Shown: positions 38,863-50,640 of the stretch, piece by piece
Numbering within the stretch: position 1 is the stretch's first letter
Layout of the letters: every line of letters begins with the position of its first letter
Program-made: the position numbers and the translations under genes
The notes under the pieces: generated by a model
Database searches by the model: none
Told to the model about the DNA's origin: nothing
What the model saw: the letters and a program-made list of their open reading frames with translations, nothing else
Source: Phyllobates terribilis
Taxonomy: Eukaryota
Assembly: GCF_046119375.1 (NCBI RefSeq)
Contig: NW_027362764.1
Coordinates: 25,110,001-25,174,000, forward strand
Direction of reading: 5' to 3'
DNA length: 64,000 nt

Positions 38863-41800
38863 AGTACCCGGGTATGCATTCCTGATACCCACACATGTAA
38901 GTTCTGCTATCTTGCATTTATTTTTGCTCCTTAATGGTGACTATCTTTCTTGTATTTAGCCATGCACTGTGCACTTTAGTGGCTCACTGTAGCCTTCTTG
39001 ATAGTTTATATACTACCAACCTGGCCATGATACATGTTTGACATGTTCACATCTATATATATGTCCCATTCCAGTGACTTCTTATTTATTAATCTATACC
39101 ATGTGTTGGATTTATAAATGTCCTATTTTAGTGACTTTCTACTACTAATCTATATCATATGTTGGATTGAGCCCTGTGTACCTATTTTTTTGCCCGCTGC
39201 TATTGCATCTGCGCCAATATACTTTGATTTGTTTGTCAATTTTTAATTTTGGATTATAATAAATTTTGTATTTTTATATCATAATGTTCTTATACTTCAT
39301 TGCTCTATATGAACTATTGTCGGAGACGTTGAACGGATTTGGTCTACTTTGATATGTGACCTGTGTGGTCAAACAACTTTGTTTCATATATAATTCTATA
39401 CAGGAGATGCCCAGGTTATGCCAGCTGTACATATATAGTTATATACAGGAAAAGCCCAGGTTATACCATCTGTACATATATAATTTTATACATGAGATGC
39501 TCAGGTTATACCAGCTGTACATATATAATTATATACAGGAGATGCCCAGGTTATACCAGCTGTACATATATAATTATATACAGGAGATGCTCAGGTTATA
39601 CCAGCTGTACATATATAATTATATACAGGAGATGCCCAGGTTATACCAGCTGTACATATATAATTATATACAGGAGATGCTCAGGTTATACCAGCTGTAC
39701 ATATATAATTATATACAGGAGATGCCCAGGTTATACCATCTGTACATATATAATTATATACAGGAGATGCTCAGGTTATACCAGCTGTACATATATAATT
39801 ATATACAGGAGATGCTCAGGTTATACCAGCTGTACATATATAATTATATACAGGAGATGCCCAGGTTATACCAGCTGTACATATATAATTATATACAGGA
39901 GATGTCCAGGTTATACCGGCTGTACATATATAACTATATACAGGAGATGTCCAGGTTATACCGGCTGTACATATATAGTTATATACAGGAAAAGCCCAGG
40001 TTATACCATCTGTACATATATAATTATATACAGGAGATGCCCAGGTTATATCAGCTGTACATATATAATTATATACAGGAGATGCCTGGGTTATACCGTC
40101 TGTACATATATAATTATATACAGGAGATGCCCAGGTTATACCAGCTGTACATATATAGTTATATACAGGAAAAGCCCAGGTTATACCATCTGTACATATA
40201 TAATTATATACAGGAGATGCCCAGGTTATACCATTTGTACCTATATAATTATATACAGGAGATGCTCAGGTTATACCGGCTGTACATATATAGTTATATA
40301 CAGGAAAAGCCCAGGTTATACCATCTGTACATATATAATTATATACAGGAGATGCTCAGGTTATACCAGCTATACATATATAATTATATACAGGAGATGC
40401 CCAGGTTATACCGGCTGTACATATATAATTATATACAGGAAAAGCCCAGGTTATACCATCTGTACATATATAATTATATACAGGAGATGCCCAGGTTATA
40501 CCAGCTGTACATATATAATTATATACAGGAGATGCCCAGGTTATACCAGCTGTACATATATAATTATATACAGGAGATGCCCGGGTTATACCGGCTGTAC
40601 ATATATAATTATATACAGGAGATACCCAGGTTATACCATCTGTACATATATAATTATATACAGGAGATGCCCAGGTTATACCAGCTGTACATATATAATT
40701 ATATACAGGAGATGCCTGGGTTATACCGGCTGTACATATATAATTATATACAGGAGATACCCAGGTTATACCATCTGTACATATATAATTATATACAGGA
40801 GATGCCCAGGTTATACCAGCTGTACATATATAGTTATATACAGGAAAAGCCCAGGTTATACCATCTGTACATATATAATTATATACAGGAGATGCCCAGG
40901 TTATACCAACTGTACATATATAATTATATACAGGAGATGCCCAGGTTATACCAGCTGTACATATATAATTATATACAGGAGATGCCCGGGTTATACCGGC
41001 TGTACATATATAATTATATACAGGAGATGCCCAGGTTACACCAGCTGTACATATATAATTATATACAGGAGATGCCCGGGTTATACCGGCTGTACATATA
41101 TAATTATATACAGGAGATGCCCAGGTTACACCAGCTGTACATATATAATTATATACAGGAGATGCCCAGGTTATACCGGCTGTACATATATAGTTATATA
41201 CAGGAAAAGCCCAGGTTATACCATCTGTAGATATATAATTATGTACAGGAGATGCCCAGGTTATACCAGCTCTACATATATAATTATATACAGGAGAAGC
41301 CCAGGTTATACCAGCTGTACATATATAATTATATATAGGAGATGCCCAGGTTATACCAGCTATACATATATAATTATATACAAGAGATACCCAGGTTATA
41401 CCAGCTGTACATATATAATTATATATAGGAGATGCCCAGGTTATACCAGCTGTACATATATAATTATATATAGGAGATGCCCAGGTTATACCAGCTATAC
41501 ATATATAATTATATACAAGAGATACCCAGGTTATACCAGCTGTACCTATATAATTATATACAGGAGATGCCCAGGTTATACCAGCTGTACATATATAATT
41601 ATATATAGGAGATGCCCAGGTTATACCAGCTATACATATATAATTATATACAAGAGATACCCAGGTTATACCAGCTGTACCTATATAATTATATACAGGA
41701 GATGCCCAGGTTATACCAGCTGTACATATATAATTATATACAGGAGATACCCAGGTTATACCAGCTGTACCTATATAATTATATACAAGAGATACCCAGG

Positions 41801-42493
41801 TTATACCAGCTGTACATATGTAGTTATATACAGGAAATGCCCAGGTTATACCAGCTGTACATATATAATTATATATAGGAGATGCCCAGGTTATACCAGC
41901 TGTACATATATAATTATATACAGGAGATGCCCAGGTTATACCAGCTGTACATATATAATTATATACAGGAGATGCCCAGGTTATACCAGCTGTACATATA
42001 TAATTATATACAGGAGATGCCCAGGTTATACCAGCTGTACATATATAATTATATACAGGAGATACCCAGGTTATACCAGCTGTACCTATATAATTATATA
42101 CAAGAGATACCCAGGTTATACCAGCTGTACATATGTAGTTATATACAGGAAATGCCCAGGTTATACCAGCTGTACATATATAATTATATATAGGAGATGC
42201 CCAGGTTATACCAGCTGTACATATATAATTATATACAGGAGATGCCCAGGTTATACCAGCTGTACATATATAATTATATACAGGAGATGCCCAGGTTATA
42301 CCAGCTGTACATATATAATTATATACAGGAGATGCCCAGGTTATACCAGCTGTACATATATAATTATATACAGGAGATGCCCAGGTTATACCAGCTGTAC
42401 ATATATAATTATATACAGGAGATGCCCAGGTTATACCAGCTGTACATATATAATTATATACAGGAGATGCCCAGGTTATACCAGCTGTACATA

Positions 42494-44137
42494 CAGTTGT
42501 GCTCAAAAGTTTACATACCCGGCAGCATTGTTCCTTTCTTGGCCTTGCTTCAGAGAATATGAATGATAATAAAATAACTTTTCCTCCCCTCATGGTTATT
42601 GGTTGGGTGAAGCCATTTATTGTCAAACTACTGTGTTTTCTCTTTTTACATAATAATAACGACCAAAAACATCCAAATGACCCTGATCAAAAGTTCACAT
42701 ACCCCAGTTCTTAATACCGTGTGTTGCCCCCACTAACATCAATGACAGCTGAAGTCTTTTGTGGTAGTTGTGGATGAGGTTCTTTATTTTCTCAGATGGT
42801 AAAGCTGCCCATTCTTCTTGGCAAAAAGCCTCCAGTTCCTGTAAATTCCTGGGCTGTCCAGCATGAACTGCGCGCTTGAGATCTCCCCAGAGTGGCTCAA
42901 TGATATTGAGGTCAGGAGACTGAGATGGCCACTCCAGAACCTTCCCTTTGTTCTGCTGTAGCCAATGACAGGTCGACTTGGCCTTGTGTTTTGGATTGTT
43001 GTCATGTTGGAACGTCCAGGTACGTCCCATGCGCAGCTTCCGGCCTGATGAGTGCAAATTTGCCTCCAGTATTTGCTGATAACGTGCCACATTCATCTTT
43101 CCTTCAACTTTCACCAAGTTTCCTGTGCCTTTGTAGCTCACACATCCCCAAAACATCAGCGATCCACTTCCATGCTTTACTGTAGGAATTGTGTTCCTTT
43201 CATCATAGGCCTTGTTGACCTTTCTCCAAATGTAACCTTTATGGTTGTGACCAAAAAGTTAAATTTTGGTCTCATCTCTCCAAATTACCTTGTTCCAGAA
43301 GTTTTGAGGCTTGTCTCTGTGCTGTTTGGTGTATTGTAGGCGAGATACTTTGTGGCATTTGCGCAGTAATGGCTTTCTTCTGGCGACTCGGCCATGCAGC
43401 CCATTTTTCTTCAAGTACCTCCTTATTTTGCATCTTGAAACAGCCACACCTCTAGTTTTCAGAGAGTCCTGAATTTCAGCTGATGTTGTTTGTGGGTTTT
43501 TCTTTGCATCCTGAACAATTTTCCCGGCAGTTGTGGCCAAAATTTTGGTTGGTCTACCTGACCGTGGTTTGGTTCTTACAGAGCCCCTGATTTTCCATTT
43601 GTTAATCACAGCATGAAAGCCGCTGACTGGCATTATCAGTTCCTTGGATATCTTTTGTGTATCCCTTTCCCGTGTTATACAGTTCAACTACCTTTTCCCG
43701 TAGATCCGTTGACAATTCTTTTGCTTTCCCCATGACTCACAATCCAGAAACGTCAGTGGCTGGATGAAAGATGCAAGAGTCTGTCTGGATCCCAGAAACT
43801 CACTCATCTTTTATGCACACACACTGATTACAAGCAAACAGGTCACAGGTGAGGATGTTACCTTTTGTAGCCATTCAAACCCATTTGTGTCAAATTCTGC
43901 GCATGTTATCAGACCAAAATCACCAGGGTATGTGAACTTTTGATCAGGGTCATTTGGATGTTTTTGGTTGTCATTATTATGTAAAAAGAGAAAACACAGT
44001 AGTTTGACAATAAATGGCTTCACCCAACCAATAACCATGAGGGGAGAAAAAGTTTTTTTGTTATCATTCATATTCTCTGAAACAAGGTCAAGAAAGCAAA
44101 AATTCAGCCGGGGTATGTAAACTTTTCAGCACAACTG
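42494..44137 (-). mobile_element. Tc1-E, full-length Tc1 (1644 bp) with degenerate transposase 42711-43733
   Basis: TIRs cagttgtgctcaaaagtttacataccc / gggtatgtaaacttttcagcacaactg, TA flanks. IWRDETKI, FQHDNNPKH, SPDLNIIEPLW. Confidence 0.95.
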
Positions 44138-44186
44138 TATATAATTATATAAAGGAGATGCCCAGGTTATACCAGCTGTACATATA

Positions 44187-45839
44187 CAGTCATATGAAAA
44201 AGTTTGGGCACCCCTATTAATCTTAAGCTTAATGTTTTATAAAAATTGGTGTTTTTGCAACAGCTATTTCAGTTTGATCTATGTAATAACTGTTAGACAC
44301 AGTAATGTTTCTGCCTTGAAATGAGGTTTATTGTACTAACAGAAAATGTGCAATCTGCATTCAAACAAAATTTGACAGGTGCATAAGTATGGGCACCTCA
44401 CCAGAAAAGTGACATTAATATTTAGTAGATCCTCCTTTTGCAAAAATAACAGCCTCTAGTCGCTTCCTGTAGCTTTTAATGAGTTCCTGGATGAAGGATG
44501 AAGGTATTTTTGACCATTCCTCTTTACAAAATAATTCCAGTTCCTGTAAGTTTGATGGTCGCCCCCGAGCATGGACAGCCCTCTTCAAATGATCCCACAG
44601 ATGTTCAATGATATCCAGGTCTGGGGACTGGGATGGCCATTCCAGAACATTGTAATTGTTCCTCTGCATGAATGCCTGAGTAGATTTGGAGCGGTGTTTT
44701 GGATCATTGTCTTGCTGAAAGATCCATCCCCTGCGTAACTTCAACTTTATCACTGATTCTTGAACATTATTGTCAAGAATCTGCTGATACTGAGTGGAAT
44801 CCATGCGTCCCTCAACTTTAACAAGATTCCCGGTGCCGGCATTGGCCACACAGCCCCAAAGCATGATGGAACCTCCACCAAATTTTACTGTGGGTAGCAA
44901 GTGTTTTTCTTGGAATGCTATGTTTTTTTGCCGCCATGTATAACGCCTTTTTGTATGACCAAACAACTCAATCTTGGTTTCATCAGTCCACAGGACCTTC
45001 TTCCAAAAAGAAATTGGCTTCTTCAAATGTGCTTTTGCATACCTCAGCCGACTCTGTTTGTGGCGTGCTTGCAGAAACGGCTTCTTTCGCATCACTATCC
45101 CATACAGCTTCTCCTTGTGCAAAGTGCGTTGTATAGTTGACCGATGCACAGTGACACCATCTGCAGCAAGTTGATGCTGCAGCTCTCTGGAGGTGGTCTG
45201 AGGATTGTCCTTGACTCATCTCACCATTCTTCTTCTCTACCTTTCTGATGTTTTTCTTGGCCTGCCACTTCTGGCCTTAACAAGAACTGTCCCTGTGTTC
45301 TTCCATTTCCTTACTATGTTCCTCACAGTGGAAACTGACAGGTTAAATCTCTGAGACAGCTTTTTGTATCCTTCCCCTGAACAACTATGTTGAATAATCT
45401 TTGTTTTCAGATCATTTGACAGTTGTTTTGAGGAGCCCATCATGCCACTCTTCAGAGGAGATTCAAACAGGAGAACAACTTGCAAGTGGCCACTTTAAGT
45501 AGCTTTTCTCATGATTGCATACACCTGGCTATGAAGTTCAAAGCTCAATGAGGTTACAAAACCAAAAAAAGTGCTTTAGTAAGTCAGTAAAAACTAGGTA
45601 GGAGTATTTAAAACAAGAAAATGATAAGGGTGCCCATACTTATGCACCTGTGAAATTTTGTTTGAATGCAGATTGCACATTTTCTGTTAGCACAATAAAC
45701 CTCATTTCAAGGCAGAAACATTACTGTGTCCAACAGTTATTACATAGATCAAACTGAAATAGCTGCTGCAAAAACACCAATTTTTATAAAACATTAAGCT
45801 TAAGATTAATAGGGGTGCCCAAACTTTTTCATATGACTG
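44187..45839 (-). mobile_element. Tc1-G, full-length Tc1 (1653 bp), DD34E transposase 44415-45443 with a premature stop
   Basis: TIRs cagtcatatgaaaaagtttgggcacccc and its reverse complement, TA flanks. WTDETKIE, QQD-(34 aa)-E in SPDLDIIE, GGSTKY*. ORFs 45237-45485 and 44415-45149 share a frame. Confidence 0.95.
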
Positions 45840-46259
45840 TATAATTATATACAGGAGACGCCCAGGTTATACCAGCTGTACATATATAATTATACACAGG
45901 AGATGCCCAGGTTATACCAGCTCTACATATATAATTATATACAGGAGATGCCCAGGTTATACCAGCTCTACATATATAATTATACACAGGAGATGCCCAG
46001 GTTATACCAGCTGTACATATATAATTATATACAGGAGATGCCCAGGTTATACCAGCTATACATATATAATTATAAACAGGAGATGCCCAGGTTATACCAG
46101 CTGTACATATATAATTATATACAGGAGATGCCCAGGTTATACCAGCTGTACATATATAATTGTATATGGGAGATGCCCAGTTTATACCAGCTGTACATAT
46201 ATAATTATATACAGGAGATACCCAAGTTATACGATGTGCAGAGCCCTATTACTGCGGGG

Positions 46260-46974
46260 TGTTATGGGTCCGGGTGGTGGAACCTCTGTGCTTCGCTGCA
46301 AGGAGGGACCAGAGGGGCGTAACTAAGTGCCTACTCGGCCTGACTAAGGTCGCACAGCGGCTCAATCGACTCCGTGAACCAGGGAGGGTCCGGGCAGGTG
46401 GACCAGGTGCCACTCTGGGACCGACCTTGTGTGAGAGCAGGTGACTCCCGCGGGTCAGATAACAGAGGCTGACAGGTACAGAGGATGAGCACGGCAGGAA
46501 GGCTGGCGGGTGGTCCAGGTAGATAAGAAGGCTGATTCGGCAGATAGCCAGACGGGTGCTCCGGGTAGGCAAGCAGGCGGGCACGGCAGGTAACTCGCAG
46601 GTGCTCCAGGTAAGCAGGCTGGTGAGCATGGCAGCTAACTGGCAGGCAGACTGGCGAGCAGGACTGACAGGCAGACTGGCGGACAGGACTGACAGGCAGC
46701 AGGACCTGAGGGCTGAAGCAAGTGTTAGCACACGGAACAACAACCTTGCACAGGCACCTCCATTTTGGAGGAGGTGCCTTATATAGGGGCAGTCCTCCGA
46801 CCATTGGTCGGGGACTCTATAGGACGGCGTGCGCAGCTCCTTTAAGAGGGAGGGAGCGCGCACACCCTAAGCACAGAGCCCGGGAAGCTGCGCGGAGTGT
46901 GCGCCACAGCAGCAGGGGAGCGGGAGGACGCCGGACCTGGACCGCGGCGGTGAGGGGGAACAGCCGATGGTACA
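46260..46974 (-). mobile_element. Probable solo LTR (715 bp, Ty3/gypsy-like)
   Basis: TG..CA ends (tgttatgg..ggtaca); flanks cgggg/tgggg (TSD with one CpG-type change); TATATAAG on the minus strand near 46778-46785; no coding sequence. Confidence 0.6.
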
Positions 46975-47433
46975 TGGGGTGTATCATGGCACTTGCCTTC
47001 TGCTTATTATGGCCTCACCCCCAGTAATACTTGGTGTTCAGACCCGGCTGCAGTCCTACGCCTCTCAGTCTCTTCCTGCAGGGGGCGCTCTGACCCAACA
47101 CCTTGTTATCTGCTGCCGCTACATTGTACATGACACATTATTGGCGCCTGGAGACAGAACATGACGTTATCCCACCGCCACCAGTCTTTCCTCTGCACCA
47201 TGTATGGAGCATCTGCAACAGCAGGTGTATGGGAATTGCTATAATCCGACATCTCTGAACTATCAGCACTGTGCATGCAGTAGGGACTGTACTTTACTGC
47301 GCTCCAGCTGCCGCCTGGCATTGTGCATGCTGAGGTGTACAAGGGGCTGCCGCCCATGGAGAGGCATTGGATGACGCTCCCAGCTCTTGTGCTGATATCA
47401 CTGCTGGCTCAGATCTCTGTGCTGGTTCCTCAT

Positions 47434-49066
47434 AGGAAAGGGGATGTGCCGAACAGGAAAGGGGAAGGGGATGTGCCGAACAGGAAAGGGGAAGGGGATG
47501 TGGCGCACAGGAAAGGGGAAGGGGATGTGCCGAACAGGAAAGGGGAAGGGGATGTGCAGCACAGGAAAGGGGAAGGGGATGTGCCGAACAGGAAAGGGGA
47601 AGGGGATGTGCAGCACAGGAAAGGGGAAGGGGATGTGCCGAACAGGAAAGGGGAAGGGGATGTGCCGCACAGGAAAGGGGAAGGGGATGTGCAGCACAGG
47701 AAAGGGGAAGGAGATGTGCCGAACAGGAAAGGGGAAGGGGATGTGCCGAACAGAAAAGGGGAAGGGGATGTGCAGCACAGGAAAGGGGAAGGGGATGTGC
47801 CGAACAGGAAAGGGGAAGGGGATGTGCCGAACAGGAAAGGGGAAGGGGATGTGCCGAACAGGAAAGGGCAAGGGGATGTGCCGAACAGGAAAGGGGAAGG
47901 GGATGTGCAGCACAGGAAAGGGGAAGGGGATGTGCCGAACAGGAAAAGGGAAGGGGATGTGCAGCACAGGAAAGGGGGATGTGCCGCACAGAGAAAGGGG
48001 AAGGGGAAGTGCCGCACAGGAAAGGGGGATGTGCCGCACAGGAAATGGGAAGCGCTGCACAGGAAAGGGGGATGTGCCGCACAGGGAAGGGGGAATGTGC
48101 CGCACAGGAAAGGGGGAATGTGCCGCACAGAGAAGGGGGATGTGAAGCACAGAGAAGGGGGATGTGCAGCACAGAGAAGGGGGATGTGCAGCACAGAGAA
48201 GGGGGATGTGCAGCACAGAGAAGGGGGATGTACTGCACAGAGAAGGGGGATGTACTGCACAGAGAAGGGGGATGTGCCGCACAGGAAAGAGGGATGTGCC
48301 GCACAGGAAAGAGGGATGTGCCGCACAGGAAAGAGGGATGTGCCGCACAGGAAAGGATGAGCCGCAGAGAGGGGGATGTGAAGCACAGGGAAGGGAGATG
48401 TGCCGCACAGGGAAGGGCAAGGGGATGTGCCGAACAGGAAAGGGGAAGGGGATGTGCAGCACAGGAAAGGGGAAGGGGATGTGCAGCACAGGAAAGGGGA
48501 AGGGGATGTGCCGAACAGGAAAAGGGAAGGGGATGTGCAGCACAGGAAAGGGGGATGTGCCGCACAGAGAAAGGGGAAGGGGAAGTGCCGCACAGGAAAG
48601 GGGGATGTGCCGCACAGGAAATGGGAAGCGCCGCACAGGAAAGGGGGATGTGCCGCACAGGGAAGGGGGAATGTGCCGCACAGGAAAGGGGGAATGTGCC
48701 GCACAGGAAAGGGGGAATGTGCCGCACAGAGAGGGGGATGTGAAGCACAGAGAAGGGGGATGTGCAGCACAGAGAAGGGGGATGTACTGCACAGAGAAGG
48801 GGGATGTACCGCACAGAGAAGGGGGATGTGCCGCACAGGAAAGAGGGATGTGCCGCACAGGAAAGAGGGATGTGCCGCACAGGAAAGGGGGATGTGCCGC
48901 ACAGGAAAGGGGGATCTGCCGCACAGGAAAGGATGAGCCGCAGAGAGGGGGATGTGAAGCACAGGGAAGGGAGATGTGCCGCACAGGGAAGGGGGATGTG
49001 CCGGACAGGGAAGGGGGATGTGCCGCACTGGGAGGGGATGTACCGCACTGGGAGGGGGAAGTGCCA
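47434..49066. repeat. Purine/G-rich minisatellite of 27-bp and ~21-bp units with a ~576-bp internal duplication
   Basis: aggaaaggggaaggggatgtgccgaac and gggggatgtgccgcacaggaaa; markers aatgggaagcg (48045/48621) and ggatgagccgcag (48355/48931) are 576 apart. Confidence 0.93.
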
Positions 49067-49327
49067 CACTCCATGTTCCTCAGCACTTGTTGGCGCTGTT
49101 CTGACAAGATCTTTGGGTCATCACTACGCCGTGGAGATGCGTGACTCCAGGAAATGTCAATGCCCCATGTACAGCCGCTCAGGAAGGCCCAGATAGTCTG
49201 TACGGCCCAGCGCCAGTCCTATGTGCCTGTGTGCAGGACTGCAGAAACCTGATACTCTGAGACTTGATACTCAGGAGGGGCTCATATACTTTTGGACATA
49301 TCTGCAGCTTTAATCATGTCTAACTCC

Positions 49328-49924
49328 GCACTGCGCAGGGGAGGGGCTACAGTGCAGAGATCTGCTGCTTGGGGGAGGGGCATACATGCACTGCGCAGGG
49401 GAGGGGCTACAGTGCAGAGATCTGCTGCTTGGGGGAGGGGCATACATGCACTGCGCAGGGGAGGGGCTACAGTGCAGAGTTCTGCTGCTTGGGGGAGGGG
49501 CATACATGCACTGCGCAGGGGAGGGGCTACAGTGCAGAGATCTGCTGCTTGGGGGAGGGGCATACATGCACTGCGCAGGGGAGGGGCTACAGTGCAGAGA
49601 TCTGCTGCTTGGGGGAGGGGCATACATGCACTGCGCAGGGGAGGGGCTACAGTGCAGAGATCTGCTGCTTGGGGGAGGGGCATACATGCACTGCGCAGGG
49701 GAGGGGCTACAGTGCAGAGATCTGCTGCTTGGGGGAGGGGCATACATGCACTGCGCAGGGGAGGGGCTACAGTGCAGAGCTGCTGCTTGGGGGAGGGGCA
49801 TACATGCACTGCGCAGGGGAGGGGCTACAGTGCAGAGATCTGCTGCTTGGGGGAGGGGCATACATGCACTGCGCAGGGGAGGGGCTACAGTGCAGAGATC
49901 TGCTGCTTGGGGGAGGGGCATATA
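49328..49924. repeat. Near-perfect 60-bp minisatellite, ~10 units
   Basis: Successive 60-nt lines are essentially identical: catacatgcactgcgcaggggaggggctacagtgcagagatctgctgcttgggggagggg. Confidence 0.97.
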
Positions 49925-50005
49925 CTCTATAGGAGAGGTCAGAGGGCATGCATACACTGTGGGAAGGGTCTCATCTATTATTGGGAGAGGCGAGGGAAGA
50001 TGAGA

Positions 50006-50011
50006 TTTATT
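50006..50011 (-). promoter_or_regulatory. C1orf35: Putative C1orf35 polyadenylation signal AATAAA
   Basis: tttatt on + strand, ~225 bp downstream of the C1orf35 stop codon. Confidence 0.55.
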
Positions 50012-50234
50012 AATATAAAACAGTATTTACAGAGAAATCTGGAAAAATAAAGCAATATCTAGAAAATCCCCTATAATGTCGGATTGGCCGGGGGTCCCGC
50101 TGAATGTAGGCTGCACTTCCATTCCACAGCTGTGGAGCCGCTGACCCCCACTGACCGCTCCAGCACATCAGTGACATGAGGCCGCGCTGTCCCTGAGTGA
50201 CACAGGAGGCTCCCCGCAGCTCGTCCTGCCACCA

Positions 50235-50484
50235 TCAATCCTCTGAGTCTGTGTCATGCCGTCGTTTGGCCCCACGCGGAGACGGTGACCCCCCCCTTCT
50301 CGTCTTGGTGGGGGTCCGTGCCAGGCGATGAGGGGAGCTGTCACTGGAAGAATGGGCATCGTAGCGATGTGTGCGGCGGGGCCCAGGCGAACGGCTCTGC
50401 TCTGATGAATGGCTGTCAGCTCTGCCGGCTCCAGGAGGACGAGACGATGATGGATGATGCTTGGAGGGGCCTATTCTCTTCCGC
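50235..50484 (-). CDS. C1orf35: C1orf35/MMTAG2 orthologue, last coding exon
   Basis: Acceptor ttctcctctattgttag; (R)RKRIGPSKHHPSSS..GAKRRHDTDSED*; phase matches the upstream exon; Arg/Ser/His-rich tail as in MMTAG2. Confidence 0.75.
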
Positions 50485-50640
50485 CTAACAATAGAGGAGA
50501 ACAGGTCACAACACAAGAAGCACAAAGAGGGGGAAAGTGCAGAGCCGAGCATGGCCGACACTAGAAGGGGCATGATGTATACAGCACCGTGTACTTTATA
50601 CTGCAGAGCGGTACGTCACATTACAGCATGGCATAGTACA

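Noticed and set aside
47294-50050. Cys/Pro- or Gly/Lys-rich ORFs of 200-590 aa
   Set aside because: All-frame translations of the 27/21-bp and 60-bp minisatellites.
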